This document shows positions 9,442-17,854 of a DNA stretch of 64,000 nucleotides, one piece after another. The position numbers and the translations under genes are program-made. The notes under the pieces were generated by a model. The model was not told where the DNA came from. It made no database searches and worked only from the letters and a program-made list of their open reading frames with translations. Numbering within the stretch: the first letter of the stretch is position 1; each line of letters opens with the position of its first letter. Source of the DNA: Candidatus Magasanikiibacteriota bacterium (GTDB lineage Bacteria > Patescibacteriota > Patescibacteriia > Magasanikbacterales > GWA2-37-8); contig JAHFHX010000004.1 in assembly GCA_023246655.1 (NCBI GenBank), positions 2,762-66,761 on the forward strand, written 5' to 3'.

Positions 9442-10476
9442 TTACCACTCTAGTGTTCCACCGACCTGATATTCAGTTACGCGCGTTTCGAAGAAGTTTT
9501 TTTCTTTATTAAGATCAATCGCCTCACTCATCCAGGGGAAGGGGTTGGGGGTGTTATATTGAGCGGGGAGATTAACACGCCCTAGGCGGCGATCTGCAAT
9601 GTATTCAATATATTTACGGAAACCCTCGGCGTTCATTCCAAAAATTCCTTTGGGAAAAACCTCAGCAGCAAATTTTGCTTCCAGATCTACCGCTTGTTTG
9701 ACTAGATCAATAGTATGTTCCTGAAATTCTGGGGTCCAGAGTTCGGGCTGCTCCTCTTTAATGGCATTAATAATATTGATGCCAAAATTGAGGTGCTGTG
9801 ACTCGTCGCGCATAATATATTGAATTTGCTCAGCGGAGCCGATCATTTTATTTTGGCGTTGGAATCCAAACATAACTGCAAAGGAACTATAGAAAAAGAT
9901 TCCTTCCAAGACAAGTGAGAAGACCACCATGTTTTCTAGAAATTTTTGATCCGCGTCAAATGTTCCAGTTTTGAAGTCAGGATTAAAAATGCCCTCATTA
10001 AAACTAAGGATAAATGCGTCTTTGTTATAGATTGAGTCCACTTCGCGGTACATGTTGAAAATCTCTCCTTCATCGAGACCGAGACTTTCGACAATGTATT
10101 GGTAGGCATGGGTATGAATGGCTTCCTCATAAGCTTGGCGAAGCAGGTACATGCGGCATTCCGGGGAGGTAATGTGACGGTACATGGCCAGGACTACATT
10201 ATTGGCAGCAATGGAATCGGCGGTTGTAAAAAAGCCTAGAACGGTTTTAAGGGCTTTGTGCTCATCTGGAGTGAGAAGGGTAGGAGAATTCCATTGTTCA
10301 ATGTCTTTTTGCATGCTAATTTCCGTGGGGAGCCAGTGGTTGGCATTGCCAACATTATAGGCCTCCCAAGCCCAGGTGTGTTTCATGGGGTAGAGCTGAA
10401 TAACGTCCGCATCCGCGCCGTTGATGACGCGACGGGCATTGATGTCGACCTTGTTAGAGGTTTTGGTGATAGGCAT
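9442..10476 (-). CDS. nrdB: ribonucleoside-diphosphate reductase beta subunit (ferritin-like di-iron R2)
   Basis: The gene is about 344 aa and carries the EEAIHTHAY and EGIFFYSSFAV helices with Glu and His iron ligands. It lies downstream of nrdA in the same operon. Confidence 0.85.
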   Translation of the reverse strand: MPITKTSNKVDINARRVINGADADVIQLYPMKHTWAWEAYNVGNANHWLPTEISMQKDIEQWNSPTLLTPDEHKALKTVLGFFTTADSIAANNVVLAMYRHITSPECRMYLLRQAYEEAIHTHAYQYIVESLGLDEGEIFNMYREVDSIYNKDAFILSFNEGIFNPDFKTGTFDADQKFLENMVVFSLVLEGIFFYSSFAVMFGFQRQNKMIGSAEQIQYIMRDESQHLNFGINIINAIKEEQPELWTPEFQEHTIDLVKQAVDLEAKFAAEVFPKGIFGMNAEGFRKYIEYIADRRLGRVNLPAQYNTPNPFPWMSEAIDLNKEKNFFETRVTEYQVGGTLEW

Positions 10477-10562
10477 ATTGAGAATGATTAGGAAAGTAGA
10501 AAACGGTAGGCAGTAGGCTAGTTAGGAGGAGAGGGAAAAGTAGGACTACTGTCCTTACCTAG

Positions 10563-13382
10563 TTATCCTTGGCATGATTCACAACCGGGGTCATTAATCG
10601 CGCAGGCTTTGGGTGTGGAAGTGGTAGAAGCAGTGGTGACCGTGGGCGGTGGGGGAGGCATGGAAACGGCTTGCGGTTGGCCCTTTTGCATCTGGCGCGT
10701 GTGCGTGCTACCATAGTCGGACGTATTGACGGTTGATTTTTCTACCTGTGAGGCAGCCAGGGTGCGAAGGTAGTAGGTGGTTTTAAGTCCCATTTCCCAG
10801 GCATACATATAGATATCGCTTAAATCTTTACCAGAGGTGCCCTGGAAGAAGATATTGATAGATTGCGATTGATCAATCCATTTGGCACGATAAGCTGCTG
10901 ATTTTACAATCCAGCGTGGGTCAATTTCAAAGACTTCTTTATATTTAGTTCGTAGCGATCCAGGAATTTCGTGAATTTCCGAGATATTACCATCATGGTA
11001 TTTAATTTTGCCGAGCATCTCAAAGTCCCAGAGCCCTAATTTTTTTAGATCTTCTACGAGGTAAGAATTGATGATGACAAAGTCGCCAGCTTGATTGGAT
11101 TTGACATAAATATTTTTATAAATTGGTTCCACCGTGGGAATGCAGCCAACAATATTGGCCGTGGTAGCGGTTGGAGCCACCGCCATACAATTGGAGTTGC
11201 GCATTCCGTATTGTTTAATCGCGCCACGGACAACGTCCCAATTAAGGGTGGTGGTGCGCTCTACCGGAATAGCCATGCCCCGTTCTTTTTCCAGAAGTTC
11301 AATCGTATCCAGTGGCAGAATTCCGCGATCCCACTTGGAGCCGCGATAGGTTTCATAGGCGCCGCGTTCGCGGGCTAACTCCGTTGAGGCGAGGATGGTG
11401 GAATATGATACTACCTCCATGCTGTAGTCTGAGAATTTTACACACTCTTCACTATCAAAATTAATTCCTAGTTGATAGAGTGCGTCCTGGAAGCCGCGGA
11501 GACCCAAGCCAACCGGGCGGTGACGAAGGTTTGAACGCCGGGCATCTTCGGTAGGGTAATAATTGATATCAATAACATTATCAAGCATGCGCATGGCAAT
11601 TGATACCACTTCTTGCACCAACGCGGTATCAAATTTACCGTTGGTAACAAACTTGGCAAAGTTTAAGGAACCAAGATTACAAACTGCAGTTTCATTTTCT
11701 GAGGTGTTTAAGGTGATCTCGGTGCAAAGGTTGGAGTTGTGGACAACACCGATATGATCTTGAGGGGAGCGCAGGTTTGATGGATCTTTAAAGGTAATCC
11801 ATGGATGGCCGGTCTCAAAGAGCATCGCGAGCATTTTTTTCCAAAGGTCTCGCGCCTTCAGGCGTTTAAAGAGGGTAACTTTACCATCATCCGCCATTTT
11901 TTCATATTTTGTGTATTGTTCTTCAAAACGTCGTCCATAGATATGGTGTAAATCGGGCGTTTCATCGGGGCTAAATAATGTCCAATTACCATCTTCGCGA
12001 ACTCGCTGCATGAATAAATCAGGGATCCAGTTAGCAGTATCCATGTCATGGGTTCTAATGCGGTCGTCGCCAGTATTTTTGCGTAGCTCTAAAAACCGTT
12101 CAACATCATAGTGCCACGTTTCCAGATACACACAGGCAGCACCGCGCCGACGGCCGCTTCGGTTGATGGCGACTGTTACATCATTGGCAATTTTGAGGAA
12201 GGGAATGACGCCTTGAGACTCGACACCCGTGCCCTTAATAAAGGCTCCGGTGCCGCGCAGGTTTGTCCAGTCGGTACCAATGCCCCCGGACCACTTAGAA
12301 AGCTGAGCGTTATCCGCATAGGTTTTGAAAATATTATCAAGCGAATCAGAAACGGTATTAAGGTAACAAGACGAAAGCTGCGGTTTGGGCGTGCCGGCGT
12401 GAAACAGCGTGGGGGTAGAGGGGGTGTAGAGGAGCTTCGACATGATGTCGTAGAATTTAATGGTCCATTCAGTTTTCTTTTCACGCTCCTGCAGTGCCGT
12501 GCCCATGGCGATGCGCATCCAGAACATCTGAGGTGTTTCCAAGGTTTGTTTGGTGGTGTGGTCACGAATAAAATAGCGATCGTATAAAGTTTGCAAACCA
12601 AGATATACAAATAAATCATCGCGGTCAATTACCAAGGCATTACTGAGCTGTTCAAGGTCAAAGGCCAGTAGGCGCGGGTCGAGTCGTTCAATTTCTACCC
12701 CCTGCTTAATATTTTTGATAAAAGCAGCCCGATATTGTGCCTGTAATTTTGAGAAATCAATGACCTCGGCTCCGATCGTATCTTTATAATTAGTAAAGAG
12801 CAATAAGCGCGCGGCGACTTTAGCATAGTTTGGATCTTGCTCAATCATGGCCCGGGCTGTCATTATAAGGGCCTTAGCAATATCGGCAGTTGTAATACCT
12901 TCATGGAGTTCCGACCGGCATTGATTAAGGACGGCCTCGATATCCACGCTGGTTTCTAATCCTTTTATGGCGTAGCTTAATGACCGGCGTAGTTTCTCTA
13001 GAGAAAATGCTTCTTTGTTGCCGGCACGTTTGGTTATGAGGAGCGTGTTTTTTTCAATTTTTTCAAGGATTTGTTTTTTCTTTTCGGCGCGTTCTTTGGC
13101 ATGTTCATAACGATACAGAATGTAGGCTTTGGCAACGTCATAATACCCTTGTTGCATTAATTCACGCTCCACAAAGTCCTGGACATTTTCAACGGCCGGG
13201 GGAGTATCAGCAAAGAAACGTTCAATAGTACCAAGTACAGCATCGACGACCAACTTTGCTTTGTCTACTTCGAGCGTACCACGCACTTCTTGAAAGGCCT
13301 TGCTAATAGCGAGGGAGATTTTTTCAGCATTAAAATCCACCATGCTACCGTCGCGTTTTTTTATTTTAGTAAGAGCCCCCAT
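10563..13382 (-). CDS. nrdA: ribonucleoside-diphosphate reductase alpha subunit with an N-terminal ATP-cone
   Basis: The 939-aa protein starts with an ATP-cone (VKRDGSMVDFNAEKISLAI), has catalytic NLCTEI and CNLGSLN motifs, and ends in a C-terminal Cys pair (CESC). Confidence 0.85.
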   Translation of the reverse strand: MGALTKIKKRDGSMVDFNAEKISLAISKAFQEVRGTLEVDKAKLVVDAVLGTIERFFADTPPAVENVQDFVERELMQQGYYDVAKAYILYRYEHAKERAEKKKQILEKIEKNTLLITKRAGNKEAFSLEKLRRSLSYAIKGLETSVDIEAVLNQCRSELHEGITTADIAKALIMTARAMIEQDPNYAKVAARLLLFTNYKDTIGAEVIDFSKLQAQYRAAFIKNIKQGVEIERLDPRLLAFDLEQLSNALVIDRDDLFVYLGLQTLYDRYFIRDHTTKQTLETPQMFWMRIAMGTALQEREKKTEWTIKFYDIMSKLLYTPSTPTLFHAGTPKPQLSSCYLNTVSDSLDNIFKTYADNAQLSKWSGGIGTDWTNLRGTGAFIKGTGVESQGVIPFLKIANDVTVAINRSGRRRGAACVYLETWHYDVERFLELRKNTGDDRIRTHDMDTANWIPDLFMQRVREDGNWTLFSPDETPDLHHIYGRRFEEQYTKYEKMADDGKVTLFKRLKARDLWKKMLAMLFETGHPWITFKDPSNLRSPQDHIGVVHNSNLCTEITLNTSENETAVCNLGSLNFAKFVTNGKFDTALVQEVVSIAMRMLDNVIDINYYPTEDARRSNLRHRPVGLGLRGFQDALYQLGINFDSEECVKFSDYSMEVVSYSTILASTELARERGAYETYRGSKWDRGILPLDTIELLEKERGMAIPVERTTTLNWDVVRGAIKQYGMRNSNCMAVAPTATTANIVGCIPTVEPIYKNIYVKSNQAGDFVIINSYLVEDLKKLGLWDFEMLGKIKYHDGNISEIHEIPGSLRTKYKEVFEIDPRWIVKSAAYRAKWIDQSQSINIFFQGTSGKDLSDIYMYAWEMGLKTTYYLRTLAASQVEKSTVNTSDYGSTHTRQMQKGQPQAVSMPPPPPTVTTASTTSTPKACAINDPGCESCQG

Positions 13383-13490
13383 ATGATTGGAGTTATTAGT
13401 AATTAATTATTAGCAGCGATATCGTTACCAATAATTAGGAACCAATAATAGTTTAATTGACCACAGGGTGCCAAACATTTCGCAGTTGAT

Positions 13491-13606
13491 GGGTCCCGGC
13501 TTGTCGTCGGAACCGATCCTCTCGAGATGTCTAGCGCGCTATGGTCAAAGAGATTAAAAATCTCATACTAATATTAGTATGAGATGGTCCCGATTCAGCC
13601 GGGACG
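13491..13606 (-). promoter_or_regulatory. structured leader upstream of nrdA, with a long-range stem enclosing a perfect 24-bp palindrome
   Basis: GGGTCCCGGC at 13491 pairs with GCCGGGAC at 13598. Inside lies the perfect palindrome TCTCATACTAATATTAGTATGAGA (13561-13584). This may be an NrdR-box-like operator or a leader RNA. Confidence 0.35.
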
Positions 13607-13758
13607 CTTGTGAAAGGTCTAGGACGTAGTATACCACACCTTAAATACTACATGTAGTGGTCAAACCTGTGGATAACTACTATATGTGGTATTATTGGTT
13701 ACTAATGGTTGGTTATTGGTAGTAATAGTTACTTGTAATTCGCTCCTAACCGAAGGCG

Positions 13759-14469
13759 CTACTTTCCTAGCCGGCGCTCAGTTTGTTCGTATGTTTTAAG
13801 TGCTTGGTGAAAATCCTCAACCGAAAATTCCGGTAACATCTTGTCCGTAAAGTACAACTGGGCATCGGCCACATCCCACATCATAAAACCGGTGGAGAGG
13901 TGTGGGTCGCCGCCGGTTCTGATAACGAGATCAACGGGAGGCAGGTCTTTGGTGTAGAGATGTTGTTTGATAGCGGCCGCGGTGATTGGTTGACTCCCTG
14001 GTAGGGGTGAAGCACCATTCGTTACGGCGCCCGTGACAATATTTTGGATCGCTGACGTCATTTCCTCGGTACCGTTGTACGCTAACAGAAAGGTTAGATG
14101 GCGTTCTGAGTAGGTTTTAGTGGCTTCAAGCATACCATTAATTGCTTTTTGGCACTCCTGGGAAAAATAATCTGGCCATCGGCCGATGGCCCGGATGCGG
14201 ACACGACGCTGGTGGATAGCTTTGGCTTTGGTCAATTTTTTAAAATAGCGAGTAAATAATTTGTACAGAAATTGTATTTCAGTGTCCGTTCGTTTGGTAA
14301 TATTATTAATGGAAGCCCCCCAGAGCGACAAGTGACTCACGTTTAATTTTAAGGCTGCTTCAAGGATTTTTTGTATTGCTTCGGCTCCTTTTTTATGCCC
14401 TGCAAAGGCAGGGAGCCCACGTTGTTTTGCCCACCGGCGATTGCCATCAGGAATTATAGCAATATGCAT
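13759..14469 (-). CDS. uppS: undecaprenyl-diphosphate synthase (cis-isoprenyl transferase)
   Basis: MHIAIIPDGNRRWA and LTFLLAYNG are UppS hallmark motifs. Confidence 0.85.
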   Translation of the reverse strand: MHIAIIPDGNRRWAKQRGLPAFAGHKKGAEAIQKILEAALKLNVSHLSLWGASINNITKRTDTEIQFLYKLFTRYFKKLTKAKAIHQRRVRIRAIGRWPDYFSQECQKAINGMLEATKTYSERHLTFLLAYNGTEEMTSAIQNIVTGAVTNGASPLPGSQPITAAAIKQHLYTKDLPPVDLVIRTGGDPHLSTGFMMWDVADAQLYFTDKMLPEFSVEDFHQALKTYEQTERRLGK

Positions 14470-14497
14470 ATATCAATTTACTATCACGTTGAATAAT

Positions 14498-16165
14498 CTA
14501 GATCTCATCAAACAACCCACCCTTACCAAGTAGTCCAACATTATGGCTATAATCTACCGGTACGTCGATGATGACCGGTCCTTTGATTTTGAAAGCTTGG
14601 GCGAGGGTAGGGGCAATGTCAGTAGGTTTTTCAGCACGTAGGCCGGTTGCGCCAAAGGCCTCGGCATATTTAACAATATCAGGATTCCCAAATTTGGTAC
14701 CGGAGATGCGACCATGAGAGACCATTTGCTGAATTTCTACAAGGTTGTAGCCGCCGTCACGCCAGACAATGTGGACCAGATTGAGTTTGCGTCGAACCGC
14801 TGTTTCAAGCTCCATCGCGCTCATGAGGAATGACCCGTCACCAGAACATGAGACAATTCGACGAGTCGGCTCAGCGAGACGCGCGGCAATAGCCCAGGGC
14901 AAGGCGACGCCCATGGTTTGAAAGCCCATGCTAAAGAGGAGTGTTTTTGGCTCAAAGGTAAAGTATTCCCGGGCGAGCCACACCTGGTGGGAGCCGACGT
15001 CAGAGATAACAATGTCGGTATCTTTGAGGGCACGGCGAATTTCCGCGACGAGACGGGCGGGATGAGTTTTTTGGCCGTCGTGGGCCAGGCCACGAGCCTG
15101 CTCTTTGAGGAGAATTTGTTGGGAAGCTCGCTCGCTTTTTGTTAAACTCCAGTGACTATTTTTAAGGTGAAATTGTAGGCGTTTTAAAATTGCAGCAATA
15201 TCGCCAATTAATTCGGCGGCCGGAGTATAGTTGCTGTCAACATCAGCTGGGAGACGGTCGATATGAATAATTTTGGCTTTAGTTGGCCACATGGTGGGAG
15301 CATATTCCACAACGTCGTAGCCAATGGTGAGCACAACATCCGCTTCGCGGAGGGCTACATCGCCGGGCTCTTCTACTGCTAAGCCAACGCGACCAAGGAA
15401 TTGCCCTACTAGCTCGCGGCCTACCACGCCGGCTGCCTCAAAGGTGCCTACGGCAGGGATGCCAGTTTTTTTGAGGAAGACTCGTACGGCGGTAGTTGAT
15501 CGATGATCAGCGGACCCGACGCCGAGGAAGACAACCGGACGCTTAGAATGTTCAAGGCATTTTGCAATCTCGGCCAATTTTTCATCATACACTTCCTCGT
15601 TTTCTTTAGTGTCAGGGAGTCGTACAAGTGGTTTTCCAGCATGTGTTCCGGTGAGAATGTCGGTTGGAAACGCTAGATGCGTGGCGCCAGCGCGTGGAGA
15701 AGCGGCTGTACGAAAGGCTTGGGCTACTGCTTCCGGAATTGCGGCGGTGTCTTCCAGTTCAACGCTCCACTTAGTAATAGGGGCAAATAGTGCGGCGGCG
15801 TCAATATTTTGGTGGCGATTTTGGAATCGATGGGCACGTGGAGTTTGCCCAGTGAGGGCTACCACCGGATCACGGTCAGCTGTGGCCGTCGCTACGCCAG
15901 TAACAAGATTGGTGGCACCCGGACCAACGGTGGCTATACAAACACCCGGTTTTCCGGTAAGCCGGCCCCAGGCCTGGGCCATAAATGCGGCATTTTGTTC
16001 GTGGCGACAGACCACAAATTCTGGCCCACGGTCATGGAGCACATCTAAAATTGGCATTAGTGACGCTCCGGGGACACCAAAAATATATTTAACATCGTGC
16101 GCTTCCAGGCAATCTACCAAGAGTGCGGCGCCCGATTTAGCGATGATTTTTTTGTTTTTTGGCAT
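14498..16165 (-). CDS. thiamine-pyrophosphate enzyme of the acetolactate synthase large-subunit family
   Basis: The protein is about 555 aa with a Pyr domain (GVPGASLMPILD), a central domain and a TPP-binding GDGSF motif. The start is chosen at MPKNKK, the ORF's second Met. Confidence 0.7.
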   Translation of the reverse strand: MPKNKKIIAKSGAALLVDCLEAHDVKYIFGVPGASLMPILDVLHDRGPEFVVCRHEQNAAFMAQAWGRLTGKPGVCIATVGPGATNLVTGVATATADRDPVVALTGQTPRAHRFQNRHQNIDAAALFAPITKWSVELEDTAAIPEAVAQAFRTAASPRAGATHLAFPTDILTGTHAGKPLVRLPDTKENEEVYDEKLAEIAKCLEHSKRPVVFLGVGSADHRSTTAVRVFLKKTGIPAVGTFEAAGVVGRELVGQFLGRVGLAVEEPGDVALREADVVLTIGYDVVEYAPTMWPTKAKIIHIDRLPADVDSNYTPAAELIGDIAAILKRLQFHLKNSHWSLTKSERASQQILLKEQARGLAHDGQKTHPARLVAEIRRALKDTDIVISDVGSHQVWLAREYFTFEPKTLLFSMGFQTMGVALPWAIAARLAEPTRRIVSCSGDGSFLMSAMELETAVRRKLNLVHIVWRDGGYNLVEIQQMVSHGRISGTKFGNPDIVKYAEAFGATGLRAEKPTDIAPTLAQAFKIKGPVIIDVPVDYSHNVGLLGKGGLFDEI

Positions 16166-16469
16166 AGGGAAGCGTGCTTGGCACATAGGTGCCTGCGCGA
16201 ATTACCAGGAGGGTACAGCCCAGCGGAGAGCGCGAGGTGTGCACTGAGTTTTTTGAGTTAATTTTAAAGGCACCTTTTTTGTAGCGACCAAATTCATCTT
16301 GGAGTTCGCCATCAAGTACATAGACCCATTCAAAGTTGGTATGACGATGGGTGGGAAGCACAGTTCCCGCCTTAATACGGACGAGTTCGGTGCGGAGTTT
16401 AGTGGTAAAATCTTCGGCAAGAATTTTGATGGTGACGCCAGTGGGGCGAATGGATTGAGCGGTTGGCAT
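16137..16469 (-). CDS. cupin-domain protein
   Basis: The two-His cupin motif is present (GTVLPTHRHTNFEWVYVLDGEL). The gene overlaps the start of the downstream TPP enzyme. Confidence 0.5.
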   Translation of the reverse strand: MPTAQSIRPTGVTIKILAEDFTTKLRTELVRIKAGTVLPTHRHTNFEWVYVLDGELQDEFGRYKKGAFKINSKNSVHTSRSPLGCTLLVIRAGTYVPSTLPYAKKQKNHR

Positions 16470-16570
16470 AGAGCAATAAGAGCGCCTGTTTTGGCGGCAG
16501 TATTTTATCACGCCTGTTTTTTTTTCACAAACCAAAAAGCCGCTCTTGTGGAGCGACATATTTTTTGGTG

Positions 16571-16643
16571 TGGACCGATGGGGATTCGAACCCCAGACCC
16601 TCGCGTTGCAAACGCGATGCTCTACCAGCTGAGCTATCGGCCC
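16571..16643 (-). tRNA. tRNA-Ala (anticodon UGC); 3' CCA not encoded
   Basis: The reverse complement reads GGGCCGATAGCTCAGCTGGTAGAGCATCGCGTTTGCAACGCGAGGGTCTGGGGTTCGAATCCCCATCGGTCCA. It folds as a cloverleaf with the G3:U70 alanine identity pair and anticodon loop TTTGCAA. Confidence 0.9.
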
Positions 16644-16775
16644 GTGATTAGTTTAGAATCTGTAAAGTCATAAAGCCCGATTTAACTTTGCAGACTTTAA
16701 AAATATATCAGTAGTTCGTGTGAAAGTCAATTGTATGGTATTATATTCCTTGTATTTTTAATGTTTTGATGAAAT

Positions 16776-17216
16776 ATGCAGGAATTTTATTTTCTTGGTC
16801 AAATTATTATCGCGGTTATTTTGGGCGGCGTGCTTGGTTTGCAACGTGAACGATGGGGCAAGCCAGCGGGGCCGCGCACCTATGCGTTGGTAACAGCTGG
16901 ATCAACCTTGTTTACCGTTTTGTCTCTATATGGGTTTGGTGGCGGCCAAAACGTAACCCATGTGGCGGCGCAAATTGTTACGGGGATTGGATTTTTGGGT
17001 GCCGGAATGATTCTCCACAAAGAGAACCGGCTGGAAGGCCTGACGACCGCAGCCGGTCTTTGGATTACGGCCGCAATTGGGATGGCCGTGGGACTGAGAT
17101 ATTTTATTCTTTCGGTCGGCACAACAGCCATTATGCTACTACTCTTAATGTTTGATGATCAACCGTTTAAGAAAATGGTGACGGACAAAATGAATAGTCC
17201 TAAGGTTCAAAAATAA
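16776..17216 (+). CDS. mgtC: MgtC/SapB family membrane protein
   Basis: The N-terminus reads GGVLGLQRERWGKPAGPRTYALV and the protein has four hydrophobic helices. Confidence 0.7.
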   Translation: MQEFYFLGQIIIAVILGGVLGLQRERWGKPAGPRTYALVTAGSTLFTVLSLYGFGGGQNVTHVAAQIVTGIGFLGAGMILHKENRLEGLTTAAGLWITAAIGMAVGLRYFILSVGTTAIMLLLLMFDDQPFKKMVTDKMNSPKVQK

Positions 17217-17279
17217 TACGATAACCTTTTAGGTGGTTTGTGTTTGGGTCTAAAAAGGGTACTGGTGTACTCTTTTTAT

Positions 17280-17783
17280 TTATCCTTTAAGATAGAAGCG
17301 GCCAAGCCAGAATAAGATGATGACATAGAAAAAATCAAAATGGATGCGCTTGAGAAAATTGAGGGTATACAGCACGCCCACAAAAGGTAGGCCAATAATT
17401 TTGAGCGGGTTACGCCAGAGATGGCTAGTGGATGTTCGAAAGAGCGACTCGGCATCACCGGTGGAAGGAATGGCATGGAGGCCAATAGCAACGGCGAGCC
17501 AGGTATAGAGGATTTTGTGCCAGTCTATATATGGCGCCGTGAGTTTTGCGCACAAAAAAAGAGTGAGGAGTGAATTAGCTATGAGTGGCCCAAAAGAAAT
17601 AAAAATTGCTTGGTAAAAGTTGTGTGGTTCATCGTGGGTAACAAAGCCGGCCGTGGTTTTATCAAACTGAAATAGTTTTATTTTATGAATTTTTATTCCT
17701 GCTACCCAGCAAAAAAAAGCGTGGCCGAGTTCATGGACGACGACTCCGGGGGCAGTTAATAGACTGAAAATATAATACCACAT
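17280..17783 (-). CDS. putative membrane zinc metalloprotease (HExxH)
   Basis: The sequence VVHELGHAFFCWVAG lies within a polytopic hydrophobic protein. Confidence 0.5.
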   Translation of the reverse strand: MWYYIFSLLTAPGVVVHELGHAFFCWVAGIKIHKIKLFQFDKTTAGFVTHDEPHNFYQAIFISFGPLIANSLLTLFLCAKLTAPYIDWHKILYTWLAVAIGLHAIPSTGDAESLFRTSTSHLWRNPLKIIGLPFVGVLYTLNFLKRIHFDFFYVIILFWLGRFYLKG

Positions 17784-17854
17784 ACCTTTTGTTTATTCAG
17801 TTTGTTGCTTCATTGTTCGATTGTCTAACAATAGAGTAATGGAGCCATGATAAT

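Noticed and set aside
11091-12628. Plus-strand ORFs of 64-158 aa inside nrdA
   Set aside because: They are antisense to a strongly supported 939-aa gene and have no independent signals.
13383-13758. Cobalamin riboswitch in the nrdA leader
   Set aside because: No B12-box-like sequence (GCCACUG) or characteristic conserved core was visible. The palindromic DNA operator interpretation fits better.
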